Assembly (NCBI GenBank): GCA_977030845.1
Contig: OZ365113.1
Location: 12,772,001-12,836,000, forward strand
DNA: 64,000 nucleotides
Source: Fimbriosthenelais zetlandica
Taxonomy: Eukaryota
Reading direction: 5' to 3'
The notes beneath the pieces were generated by a model that worked only from the letters and a program-made list of their open reading frames with translations, was not told where the DNA came from and did not search any database. Made by a program: the position numbers and the translations under genes. Every line of letters starts with the position of its first letter. The stretch's first letter is position 1. Below are positions 26,201 to 39,200 of this stretch, one piece after another.

Positions 26201-29200
26201 CAGGAGGCACTCATAATAATGTATATGGTATACCTTGAAATGGCATATATATTATATATATATATATATAATGTGTAGTTATTTGGAAAATAATATCTAC
26301 AAGTTTATATCTGCATTTACCATTATGCATTTTACCATTGAATGATAATTTGGTATCTCCTGGAGGCTAAATAATAATTCGGATCAAAATCAAATTTTAC
26401 ATCCTATTTCAACAATAATAGCTGCAGGGTCAGACATAATTAATGTGGAATAATTGAGTTGACCAACAATGGTATACGCCTAATTATACGACATAGTATA
26501 TATTCATCTGTTGCGGATCGACTGTAACTGTCATCACTAACAACCTCCCAATTGTCATGTATGCCTCCCATGTATTACATTAACCTGAGTAACGGCCCTA
26601 TCTCTTTTCTTCCCATGATATATCTTCCTCCTCACCAATGCCTTTGTCTTCACACTGGCCCTTCTACCATGCACTGTACCAGGATACAATACGGATGCTG
26701 GCTTTAAAATAGATTTGGTAAATTTAAATGTGGCATCCATCATCAATGTCCTGAGTATAATCTGGTCAGCCAATGAAGCATTTATAACTAAATGAAGTAT
26801 ATAACTGTGAAATATGAATTTGTATTGTGAGGTGGCGAAATACATTTGTATGTACCCTTTGTTATGGCCGCCATATGCTTGTCATTCGAAATGCATTCCG
26901 AACCATTCTTCTAAATGTTCGAAGTGTTCTTCTAAAGGGCCATTGCATTTGCAGGGAGGTAAAGCCGATTGAGGCCAGGAGCCCGTTTCATTCAGTTCCA
27001 TTCAAGGACCAGAATCTATAAAAGTCCAGCAGCAAATACGTCAGAAAGCCATGGCTGTTGCCTGCTTTTGAAAGGACAAAATGGGCTGGAATTGATAAAG
27101 CCATTATTCCATGTGAAATCTTTTGGAATTTGGTCCAATTGAACATTCCCTGAGTGGAAAAGAGGACGCTGTAGAGCCCACTACCAATATGTTGTGCACC
27201 ACATTTTCAAGGATATGTTAATGTCATCCTCCATCCAACATGATCCAATAGAATGAATTCTAAACTTGATATTTTTATACATTCGCAGAGCTAAGTGGAT
27301 AACTGGATAATAATGTTAACTGATCTGCAATTCAATATGTTATTAGGTATCAAGACTAATTAGTTCAAACAATAAAATCAGCAGAATATCATCCTATGTA
27401 TCACATTACATGTACATTTAAAAGCAGTGAAAGTAAATAGGAGTTTAAATATCTTGTAATTAGACGAATAAGACAAATGTCTTCAGCCATAAGGCAACGA
27501 GTGACACTAGTATTATGAACTTTAACTGTCGCTTACTTCCTTATTTCATTGAGGAGGAAATATGAACTCCATCGTTAGATATCTGTTACCATTCATAAAG
27601 TCATCCCAAGAAATATAGTCTGGTTAAATAGTATTATTAACCTTATCTGCTTTGTCCTCTTCATATTCGTGAAGTATGAAAGACTCAAGCAGACAAATAA
27701 ATTAATATGTAGTATCTTTCTCAGAATGGGAAGGGCCTGATAGTTCACCTGTGGATACAGGAAACTATATAACTGCTCTGAAAATGATCAAGATATTGTA
27801 TCTGATATTTAGCATAATAAGGCAAACAGATATATGTATACATCATGGAAACCATTCAGTCTTTTGCCGAGGATATATTTTGGACGACATTTATGAGAGA
27901 CCACCAATAGGGAAATTAAAGTTGAGCATCATATTAACCCCATTTCTCTTCTTCTGATTTAAATCAATCAACCCCACACTGTGCAGGTCGTAATGCCTTC
28001 TATTCCGTGTACATGAGATAGCATGGCCAATAATACAAAATGTTTCTGTCCCTCGGTGCCTTGGATTTAACTAACAAAGCCGTGCAGAAACAAGCATTGA
28101 AAGAACACAGGGACCAGTTTCACAACATAGGTGTGCTGCAGGTCAGTCGATGGTATAGGTGTCTAGGGTGATGGCTTAGTGGCTTGTTGTTCTGATACAT
28201 ACCCCCAGAACTGCACTGATTTCCCCTTCATGTCATGCGGCCCTGCACGGCAAAAGTCCATCTACAAATCGACTTTATATGGTGACGAGAGTAGCAGAAA
28301 TCCAGGTTTGTAAACAATTTCTAAAACATACTCTGACCACTTTGATTTGATTTGAAAGAAACGCACCCCCCTGCTACTCTAGTACAACTTGAAAGCCTTT
28401 CATAAGATTGTGATCAAGGTTGTTTGAAATATATTTCATTTCATGCCCCAGCACCAACACTAGCACCTGCCAAATGATGTTAATTCCCTTTCATTGTGTT
28501 CAGCCATAGGGCATATTATATGTTATAACTAAGAGACCCTACATTTGAACGCATACTGGACTAGTATTTATATAGTCTCCTATCAGTCCTCTTTCATGGA
28601 TTATTACTGACGTTTGGACAAAACTGCTAGCAACGAGCCAAAATAAAAATAAGTTATACTGGGATTTTCATCAAGAAATCCTTAATATGGAATGCAATAG
28701 GTCTGTGACAAGTATGTGTATATTTAGTACATGTATTTCACTTTACCGACATCATTTTGAAGTATTAGTCTGACTTTCACAAGAAGCAAACTGAAAATGC
28801 CAAAATGAGTTAAAACACAAATCAAAGTCTTTAAGGTAGTCCTGACCTTTTAAAAATCTTAATACGGAACTTTATCTTACCGTTTTTTCTATTATCTTTC
28901 TTTTAGTTTTTTCCCTGTGAGCAAAAATTTTCACTTTGACTAATGAATTGCACACTTGGTTTAAACCAGGCTGTAACTAATCTTTCGTTTGTGCAAATTC
29001 ATTTGGATCCAGAACCTCCTCTTGCACGTGATGGAGATCAAAATAAAACATTAAAGCATTAACACTACAAGCCAGTCTGAATGGCCCAAGGTGGCATCTT
29101 GCGGACTGACGACATAAAAAGTCACTGTTGACATTAAATACAAATCCGCAGAGCGATCAAAGCACATTTTAGGCAAAATTTGTTTCATTATTCCAAAAAA

Positions 29201-32200
29201 ATTACATGATTAGGAATGTTCACTATTTATCGTTCAATTAATTTGGTTTAGATTTATCATTATTTCAATTCTTTGCGAACCTCTCCTCAATTTTGTCTCT
29301 AATCTAATCACGTATGACAATGCCTTCAATTTATTAAAATATTCTTCAATTAATCAATGTGCATGTTTCCATTATATTGCAACTAACCACTCGGATAAAT
29401 GAGACTGACAACTGCTGGCAAGTTATACATGTCATTACAGCTATTGGAGAAATTCATTAATGCAATCCCCCATCCACGATAGGAAATTTAACGCGGAAGA
29501 AATCAGAAAAAACTTCTTCAATATTACCAGAACCCCTTAATACCTCCTTCAGCCTCCCTCTTTCCACCATTAAGGCCATTTCAGATTTCATTATTTACAG
29601 CATCCATTAGACACCCAGTGGATGCAGGCGAGATGAACAGTAGGCAGCCCGTGGTGGAAGAAGGTTAGAATTACCCAAATTGCTACAATCTGGGTCTAAA
29701 TTCCATCTGTAATCTCAGATAGAATGTCCTATCTTGGGTTAAGAGCCTAACCAGCTAACAGTTTCTTGGACAACATGCTGGTTATAGTGGCCTACACTTT
29801 TAACAAATAATTTTATATTATATATATTAAAATCCTAGTAGTATCTATACCTGGTTCCTACTTGATAGAATATATGTCTTTATTTCGTTTTATTTAGTAC
29901 TGGTTACCAGACCACCCTATATTCCAGCAGTGACAGTTTCAACAGTAAAATGAGCAAGTGTCATTTTTTTCCTGTACTGTTGGCCTCATATGGAGCCAGG
30001 TGTCCAGTCTGGTAATTGCAGTGCAGACGGATTGCATGTGTCATTTAACGGAAGAGGGCACATATTTTGGAAGATTGTTGTTGAGAACAAAACTTTCCCA
30101 TTAGCTAGTTCTCGCGGGGAAAGGTGCTCAAGATATTTTGTGCCCAAAAAGTCATTGGTGAAAGCTGCTATACTTGTATTTACTTACTTGCAGGTGTCCC
30201 ATGGGATTCGTGATGTATTTCTTAGATTCCATGAAATTGTCGAGGGTCCATATAAATTTGAGTTCTCGCAAAAAACTCTTCCATTCTTGGCTTTTTAGTT
30301 TTGTCAACTGGCCCGTTATATCCGAGGTTCCAAGGGTATTGAGTCAGATGTTACCTATATGAAAAATATATCTGATGTTATTTTGCATTGGTGTTACTAT
30401 ACCCTCCAAACCTTACATCGAGGCTAATCCTTGAGGCTAAATATAGTTATTATTAGACTACCCCATGATATTCTGAAAAGCAGAGGTCACGTTCACTTAC
30501 ACTTTACGTCTAGCCAATTAGGTTAGTTAGACTTGAGTGCTTTTGTCAATGATACAGTTCTAAATTATAAAAGGTCATATGCTTTAGAAACGATTGAGTC
30601 AAGTTCATGATTTCTGGACTGGCCGGGGTACTGTATGCGTCATTGGACCGTTAAGATCATGTCCATTCTCCGTCTCCTATGATAAATCAATAATTCCACT
30701 GTATGGACTTGCGAGGACTTTATCTACATAACTGAGACACATGATCATTTATTCAAGCAGCATGTCAATCATAATATTATTTATTTGGTGTAATTTTGTT
30801 GACATAATCATGCACTATCTTTACCATAGTGCCAAGGTAATGTCCATCTCGATGCTATCAGAGTGGAGCAATTCTCTTGTTGCTGAAAAGGGTGAATTTT
30901 TATCATGTTTTGCTCAGGACCCTTTCCTTTCATAAGATGGCCATAGTATCATAGTCGGCTTAATGGACTTAGATCTGAACTTTGGACTGTGGACGGCCTA
31001 AGACCGTTTTATCCGACAGGGAATCGTGTGCCATGGGTATGAGGGCATTGGTATGAGCCTTTGCTGCTCTGTCATGTTTGCATACCCTCGTGCAGAAGAG
31101 AGTCATGTCATTGACATGCCATCCTAAGATGTTTGTATGATTGTGTTTGCCTCTGTTGATGAGATTTCAGTACACAAGTATCTATGCTTCAGCATAGCTC
31201 CTACTTGCATAAGAAAGGAAAAACGAAGTTGAGGAAAAGCCATGTATTCCTCACGGTGTCATCAGTGTCAGTCTGGCATTCCCATATTCTAATCTACTGC
31301 CTTTATTGGGGAGACGGGACAACGTAGTGGAAAATAATGCAGAATCAGGTTAATGTAGGAAAATATAGAGACACTTTGTATAATACATTCTTGAAGTCCC
31401 CAACGCAGTATATAGATTTACAGTAGGTCAATGACAAATATGACTATGTTCATGGTGAATTGGTAGGTGTAGGTCGGAGATCATTTAATATTCAGTAACC
31501 ACTATGTCTGCAGTATCAAGACAACCGGAAATGCTCCACAAGGTTCCAACAGGAGACCGGAAATTATGATATGACGAGCCACATGATATGAGCTTAAATG
31601 TGAATCTTGTGCAGAATCATTCCAAAAAGAGTTAGAGATGAAAAATCTCCTGTTAGCTCACCCCGTGTTCACACAACGAGATTATTGCGTGAAATGGGCA
31701 AGTAAGCAAAGACCCGGAATCTTGATTGCCGCCTGCTGAATGCATGTTATTAACAAACCAGGCTGAGCAGCGATGTGGATTTATGAGACAGTGGCAATGT
31801 TGTAAAGTGTAACCTTTGGAAAAGCAACAAAAAACCCTACCCCAGTAAACATTAAAAAGACTAGTTTCCAGAGATATAGGGAGAGGCCCACCCACAGGCG
31901 ATTATATATAAAACATGACCACCTTCCAGACATGAAATCCTACTTAAATATTGGATGGGATAATAATATGTGGAATATATGGCATCTACATGACTAGGGG
32001 GCATGATATTAAATGGCATTGCTAATTAAAGCTTTAGTAGACTATAGAAGGGATGGGCGAAAACCGCACTGCTAGAGGAATACTGTATAGGCCTAGATGA
32101 TTGTGAAAGTTATGTCTGAAATAATTGCAATAAAATAGTAAGTAGACGGTATTCTTTTGACCTTCTCAGCAGGCATAAGTCTTTGTCACACAACACAGTA

Positions 32201-33176
32201 TTCATCATTCCTAGTTAGCGGAGGTTCTTGTAGAGACCTTATGTTGAAAGTGACGTTAAACCACATTAAATAAATAAATCTTGTCTTATAAATCTTGGTC
32301 CTTTCAGAGGAAGCTTTAGTTTATCCATGCATTCCCATATTATAGGTCTAGTGCACAGTTAGCGTCAACTATTAAATTCAAATCTGTTTGGTTTATTACT
32401 GAAAGCTAGCTAACAATACATTGTTGACAAATTCATCTGTTGGTTACAATTGATTTGTGCAGCAGGGCCTTAACAAATGCATTTCCTCCTGACATGACCC
32501 TGGCAGCAACCGATGGACCTTTTAACAAGCCTTTGAATTTCCAGAATCAAATACTCAATGCGATCAATTTAATGGCAGCTGTTAAATTGGCTGAAAACAT
32601 GGTCAATTTTGCCCGAAAAGAAAGTTAATTCCCGTTTGCTTGTGGAAACATCTCCTTTCCTGAAATCATTGCTGGTAAAATTTCCGGATTACAGAAGTTC
32701 GGTCGAGAATGGGTTAGGGATGATAATTCCTGAGAAGAATTCCTTGAAGTAAAGAAATTATATATCTGATCTTATGCTATGTTTAAATACCTTCTGCATT
32801 TCATGTTTACCTCCTGCCCATGGTTGTTCTGAAACAGGCCCCTGGCCCTACACACAATTTCACCAACAATTGAAACAGGCCTTGGGAGACCTTTAACTCA
32901 CCCACTTATCCCTCTCAGCAGTGCTGCTGCTGTAAGTGCTTGTCCCATTGAAAAGAAGTTGTAATTAACACCAGATTCAATCAAAGTAATGTCAGCTTTC
33001 CTAATCTTTTATATGCCTTGTAAATGGATACTCATTTGCAACAACATTTATTCTCAATATTTCTTCTTAATATAGGTCTCTCTTCTTAAGTAGGAAATGT
33101 CCTTCAACCAAATAATATTATTATTTAATCTGTGTTGAATTGATTTTGGATTATGTTTATCGCCAAATTTACTCAC

Positions 33177-33214
33177 ATGGATCTTGAGTGTTCTCTTGCA
33201 GACAGGGCAAAACC
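33177..33214 (-). other. Exon-like segment (38 nt), probably exon 2 of an unidentified minus-strand transcript
   Basis: Acceptor catttttattcaccatacag and donor gtgagt; one frame reads FCPVCKRTLKIH, but no upstream in-frame ATG was found. Confidence 0.4.
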
Positions 33215-34232
33215 CTGTATGGTGAATAAAAATGTATTATTGACTGTTATTGTGGAGTGCACTACGCCATGGCGTGTGTATGGAGGTCACAATATAAACG
33301 TTTAAACGTGAGATAAGTTTAGTTTTAAAAAGCGTAGTTTAGTTTGTGGACTACAGTATAGCTATAGAGCTCCAGTCGACTCCGCACAAGACGGCCTGCC
33401 TGTCTCACCAAAGTGTCCACATGCAAGGCATGACCTGAGAGCCTCCATCAAGTTATGAACTATCAATGAAGTAGATAGTAATTGCATTCAGGTTACTTTC
33501 ATAAGGAATCTCATTGAAATGTGGATTAAAACTCTTATTCTTTGCACTCTTATTCTCCTGACACATACAAACACTATAAGAACAGAAAAGAGCTCTGTGT
33601 TCGCGGACTATATAAGAACTGAAAAGCTGTGTTCACGGTTTCTGTCGATTACTATAGGGACATCTATTGGCTACAATGAAAATTAAACATTTATAACATG
33701 ATGGGCCAAGCATAAAGAGATAGAATGGATAGTTACACTTAAAGGGAAAATATGGTGAATTAACATGATTGGCAATCATAAAGTGATACTAGCACTTCCA
33801 GATAGCTTCATGAACAAATTCTGCACGGCATATAGACATAATTATTGTCTAAAGATCCTCAAACTAGCTATTGTTGCGATCACATGGCCTACTCATGCGG
33901 TAAAGAAGCGAAACTGGGAGAATTCCAAATATTTCCACATTTGGTTCCCATACAACCGCAGTTTGGTTGTTGGAATGAGTTATTTTCACACATCTGGACA
34001 CGAAGCAGATGTAGATTAGATCTGATTAGGCACTTCCGGGCTCTAGTTGGGCCCAGTGAGAATACACATTATAGTCAAAATGGCGTCCCCATTCTATAGG
34101 CAGTGGCTGAACCTTTAAACGGGTATGACTTGTATACAGAACATTATATATGTGACGTGTTTTCACTAGATGAGTCTAAAATCGCAAAAAAGGATTGGAC
34201 AGTGTAAGGTGCTGTAAAACAAAATTCGGTCG

Positions 34233-34558
34233 CTTCTGAAAAGAAATGACGGACCATCGCTCCTGAAACACACTATAAATCACATCGGAAAAGAAATGAG
34301 AAAGCGCCACCCTGAAAAGAAAGAATGGGCCATTGCTCCATAAAAGAAACAATCAGGCAGCCCCTGAAAAGATGAGAAGGTGACACCTAGAAAAAATTGG
34401 GCGTTGCTCCTAAAAAAAATAATAAAGTTCCTCCTAGAAATAAATGGGAAAACGGCTCATGTAAGGAAATGGGGCGTTGATTCTGAAAAGTAAAGATAAA
34501 ACATCTCCTGACAGGAAAATTTAAAGTGGCTCCTGCAAAGAAACAATTGGGCATCAAC
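34233..34558 (+). repeat. Degenerate minisatellite, ~24-27 bp unit (consensus approx. CTCCTGAAAAGAAATGGGCGTTG), about 12 copies
   Basis: Recurring ctcct(g/a)aaa..aaat..gg..tg units visible by eye. Confidence 0.7.
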
Positions 34559-34911
34559 GTGATTTGGGGCAGTGATTACCCTTTCCCCCTTATTTCGAAA
34601 TATTTGACTTTCAACAATAGCAGACATTTCCTGCAGAAACTGCTCTAAACATTGACTGTTTGCTAGTATGACAGGCCCTATCCACACTTCTGTCCGTACT
34701 CTCTATTAGTTACAATTAGTCCTCTCAGATGGCGCCACCGCAGAAATCTCTCACTTTGTAATGGTCATTTATATAGGCCCACGTTAATAAGTAAAGATAA
34801 AAATGTCTATGTTGTTTATTAAAATAGACTTATAATAAATATCTGCTCCATCAATATGAAGAGCAAATACCTGCATAAATTCAGCCCCTCCTCCCGCCAA
34901 AAAATACTCAC

Positions 34912-35059
34912 CTGGTAGGGAGGACCGAGTTTGTAGATTTTTATACAGGCCTGAGCATCATGTTATATTTGACCAGTTTTCTTTTGAAGCTTTTATCGCT
35001 GAAAATATTACTCGAATAGTCTCTATTCACTAGAGAGATAACAAACCCGACATATATAA
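34912..35059 (-). promoter_or_regulatory. Putative TATA-like promoter and non-coding first exon of an unidentified minus-strand gene
   Basis: TTATATA on the minus strand at 35053-35059; exon-like stretch about 35030 to 34912 ending in cag|gtgagt; contains only a short uORF (MMLRPV*). Confidence 0.4.
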
Positions 35060-36247
35060 CTGCTCCAAGGAGTAATAAAAAGAATTTTCATGAATGAGGG
35101 TTTTTTATTGATCAAATAGGAAAAAATATTTTTCTTTTATATCTACCAATAGTGCTCCTATAATTTTTTTCAATTGCACTTTTTCTTTGATTTTCTTTGA
35201 AAATCACAAGTGACCCATTTAAATGAGGACAGTATTTAAGTAAACCTTTCTTAACAATGATAAAGAAATCAATACAAATCTTACATGTGCTACATGCACT
35301 AAATATTGGTAAACACATTTGTATCAAATATAGTGTGTCGCAAAATAGACATCAATCGACTTACAAATCGTCGTTTAAGACATGCTCTCGAATCAGATTT
35401 CATTCGGTGGCGTATACTTTGGGATATACATTCCTGAAATACAATTATCGTTCAAAACGACAGAAACCTCAAATTTATGTTCTGCCTCCATTCCAGCCGT
35501 TTAGTCACACAGTGAAATGCGGCCACTTATCGACAAAGTAAGACTGGTTCAAAAATAACAGTACCAGTATCAGACCCTTTTAAGTCACACTTTCTTCTTA
35601 CGATCAACAAAAATAAAACTTAGTCTAGCATCAACTACAAAAATCTTCTCCTAAACGTCAACGGTGATGCTAAGATGAAGGTAAAAATCAATTTGTACAT
35701 TATATGAAAAAGCACTCTTTCCGAGATGCACAAATTCAATCGTTAATTTCTTATGCATTTGAAAGCTTAGATTTGACTAAAATCTTACTAATCTTCCTAC
35801 GAAAACCCCCAAAAAACTATATCAATGTTATTACATGTATAGACACAACCATTTGAATTACATTGGAAGGCAAGATGTTCAGGCAGCATCGAGGAGTAGA
35901 TTCACCGGCCAAAAACAAAACGTCCAAAAGCACTATTCGGAAGCCTTAATGGTCTCAGCATAAACATGTCCCACACATAAAAATCTGCTCAATAAAAATT
36001 ATCAAACTTTCTTTCAACGGTAAAGAATGTCTTTCAGTCCATCTTTGTCGACCAGATAAAAATTAAGGCATCTTTTAGACCAGACAAATTCAAATTTCTG
36101 GTTCTTCTACGACATAAATGTACATGTATGATTGTACATTGATTAGCATCGGGCCTGAGGTCTCAACTGGAAAGGCCAGTTCAAATTACAAAAATACTGA
36201 TTTGCACTGACAAGCTGGAGGGGGAATTACATCATCCATCTTGGCTT

Positions 36248-39200
36248 TTAATCGGGCATGTTCCTTTTGGACCCACACAACAGTCCCCTGAAACTGGCAA
36301 GAATTCCTGATTCCTCACGCTTGGGCATCCGGTTTTCAATGGGTTGCTGGCCCTTTCTCTTCCTTTTCTCAGCATTAAGGAGATCGACCATTTTTTGGTT
36401 TTCATACTTTACCGCTAACTTGTTTGGTGTCCATCCAGCAATAGTGACTTTCTTGAGGCTTGCGCCATCTTCCAAGAGGATCTCCGCAATGTGAATAAAG
36501 CCATACTGGATGGCCAGGTGAAGAGGTGTGAAACCTTTACTGTCCTGCGCATCGATTTCACTCCCTGAGGCTATCAACAACTTGACAGTCTCTATGTGGC
36601 CATTCTCAACTGCCAAATGCAGGCCTGTGATATCCCTCCTGTCGAGGTATTGGCGGGTAGCTTTGATATCAGCTCCCTTGTCAAGCACCATTTTGACACA
36701 GGTAGTATGACCATTGTGCGCTGCTATGTGCAGTGGTGTCATATTGGAATGTCCCCCAAGGCCTGCCCTAGCGTGTACGTCAGCTCCTGCCCGAAGAAGA
36801 GCAAGTAGGATGCTCTCATTTCCTCTCTCAGCTGCCCAATGTAGTGCAGTGTAGCCTCCTGTGGCTGTCCTGTTGACATCAGCTCCCAGAGCTATCAGCA
36901 TCTGAACAGACTCCACATGTTGGTTGGAAACAGCCTGATGTATGGGTGTAATGTTGGTGACATCACCCATCACCTTCCCAACATTGAGATCAGCACCAGC
37001 ATCGGAAAGAAGAGGTAGAATGTCTGTGTGGCCATTTTGTGCTGCTAGATGAATAGGGGCAACATCAGCATGGTCATGGAAGTTAGCTGTAAGATTTGGC
37101 ATAGCACCAGAGGCAAGAAGCTCTTTGACAAGGTCAATATTACCTTGTTGCGAAGCATAGTGAAGGGCAGCATACCCATTACTACTTTGGGCATTGACGT
37201 TAGCTCCAGCTTTAATCAAAGCAGAAGCCGTCTCTGAGTGATTGTTGAAGACTGCTTGATGTAATGCAGTGATTCCAATTCTATCCTTACTGACCTTCCC
37301 ACTGTCGAGATCAGCTTTGGAGTTGATCAATTCCTGTACCACTGCTGTATGACCATCTTGGCTAGCAAGATGTAAGGCAGTAACGCACATGTGCTTATCA
37401 AAGGCAGCTTGCTTGTTGATATCACATTTTGCATCAATTAACATGCGTGTTGTTTCAGCATCGCCCTTATCTGCCGCCCAGTGTAAAGCAGTGTATCCAT
37501 CTACTTCAAGTATGACAGTTTCTTCGAACACTGATGCATCTTCGTCCTCATCACTCCGTGCACCATATCCTTCATCATTACTGTGGGATTTAGGTACGTT
37601 CTGACTCTGAACTTTGCGCTCCTCAAAATCCTCTCCATATCCTTCATCCCCTTTGATCTTCTCAATTGGTTTCTTTTTAACCTGGAGGATTTTGGTTCTT
37701 TCAGCAGCATCAACATCACATCCAGCATCAATGAGAAAGTGTGCCACTTGATGATGGCCATGCCTTATGGCATAATGGAGAGGTGTCTGGTTACAGGCCT
37801 GCTTTGACGTTGCCCCAAGATTGATGTCACAGCCTGCTGCCACAAGTTTGAGGACCACATTCTGATGGCCATAGCGTACAGCATGATGAAGAGCAGAGAA
37901 GCCATCTTTGTCCTGGGTGTTTTTCTCACATTTTGCCTCTAACAGGATAGCAACTATTTCTTCCATACCTTTCCTAGCAGCTACATGAAGGGCTGTCACT
38001 CGGACTCTCTTGAAATGAATCCTGACTTCATTGACATCACACTTTGCATCCACCAGAGCTTGGATTATGTCTGGATTCTCATTCTCCGCTGCGATGTGGA
38101 CTGGGCGGGCTCCCTCACCTTTCCCATCATCACCCATGCACTCTACATCGGCTTTATGCTCGATGAGAATCTTGACAATATCTACATTATCTCCCTGGGA
38201 TGCCAGATGAAGAGGTGTAATGGATTTACTATTTTTAGCATTGACATCACTCCCACCTTCAATGAGAGCCTCCACCGTGCTGATGTCCCCACTCTCAACA
38301 GCATCGTGTAAAGGAGTGATGTCCGAAATCGCATGACTCAGGCGCAATGCTTTTACATCTGCAGAATTATTGATGAGGAGTTTGACCAGGTAGACATCGC
38401 CATTCTGACAGGCCATGTGTAGGGCTGAACTTCCGGTGTTGTGTTCTGGTGCAGGCCTCTTGTTGACGTCACATCCTGCAGCAATTAGCTTCTCAACCAC
38501 CACCCTATTCTTGCAGAGGACAGCTGTCATCAGAGGTGTCACGCCTTTGCCTGTTGACCTGTCTATGTCAGCTTTGGCCGCCAACAGAATGTCCACCACA
38601 TTCTCGTTAAGGGACGCAGCAGCAATGTGAAGAGCTGTCCTTTCCTTCTGCAAAGAAATATATGAAACCGCTGAGTTACCTACGAAGAACATGTTTCTGG
38701 TCACATTCAATCTTCGATATAATATAATCATCAGATTTTTGGCAAAAACATAATAGTGGTCTATAGATATTGATTAGGGCCACTTCTACTAGTCCTTTTC
38801 TTATTCAGGAAGCAAGCCACTGGCCATTGGGTACTCTGATCTATTATTTATATGTAACCTTTAACTACCATTCCACATCTACCACATACGAAGCTACTGA
38901 CAATAATATTGACTGATATTCATCGATTCATAACTAATCTTCAGTAACTGCACGTTGCCAAATCATTGTGTACAGAAGCCACGAGAGAAATCAAGGATGC
39001 TCTATACAAATGTGAAAGAAAAATTAATGAAAATAATTTGTCTCAGGTTTAAAATCAATTGAGCAGAGGCTATAGTTTACAATTTATAGTGTGTTTCAGG
39101 CATGAATGAAGGTGAAAGTATCAGTTGAAAACGTGTAGATGATTATAATTAATCTTGCAGATTGATGCCTCAGATTAAAATGTGAATTGAGAGACCATAA

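Noticed and set aside
27570-27615. PDYISWDDFM resembling the dCMP deaminase N-terminus
   Set aside because: Similarity stops after ten residues.
27766-27778. 13-mer tatataactgctc shared with the putative promoter at 35053-35065
   Set aside because: Many 13-mers recur by chance in 64 kb of AT-rich DNA.
36258-38630. Multiple plus-strand ORFs over the ankyrin exon
   Set aside because: Antisense shadows of the real coding strand.
38648-38731. First 28 residues of the 827 aa ORF
   Set aside because: Intronic; the real exon starts at the ttgcag acceptor (38647).
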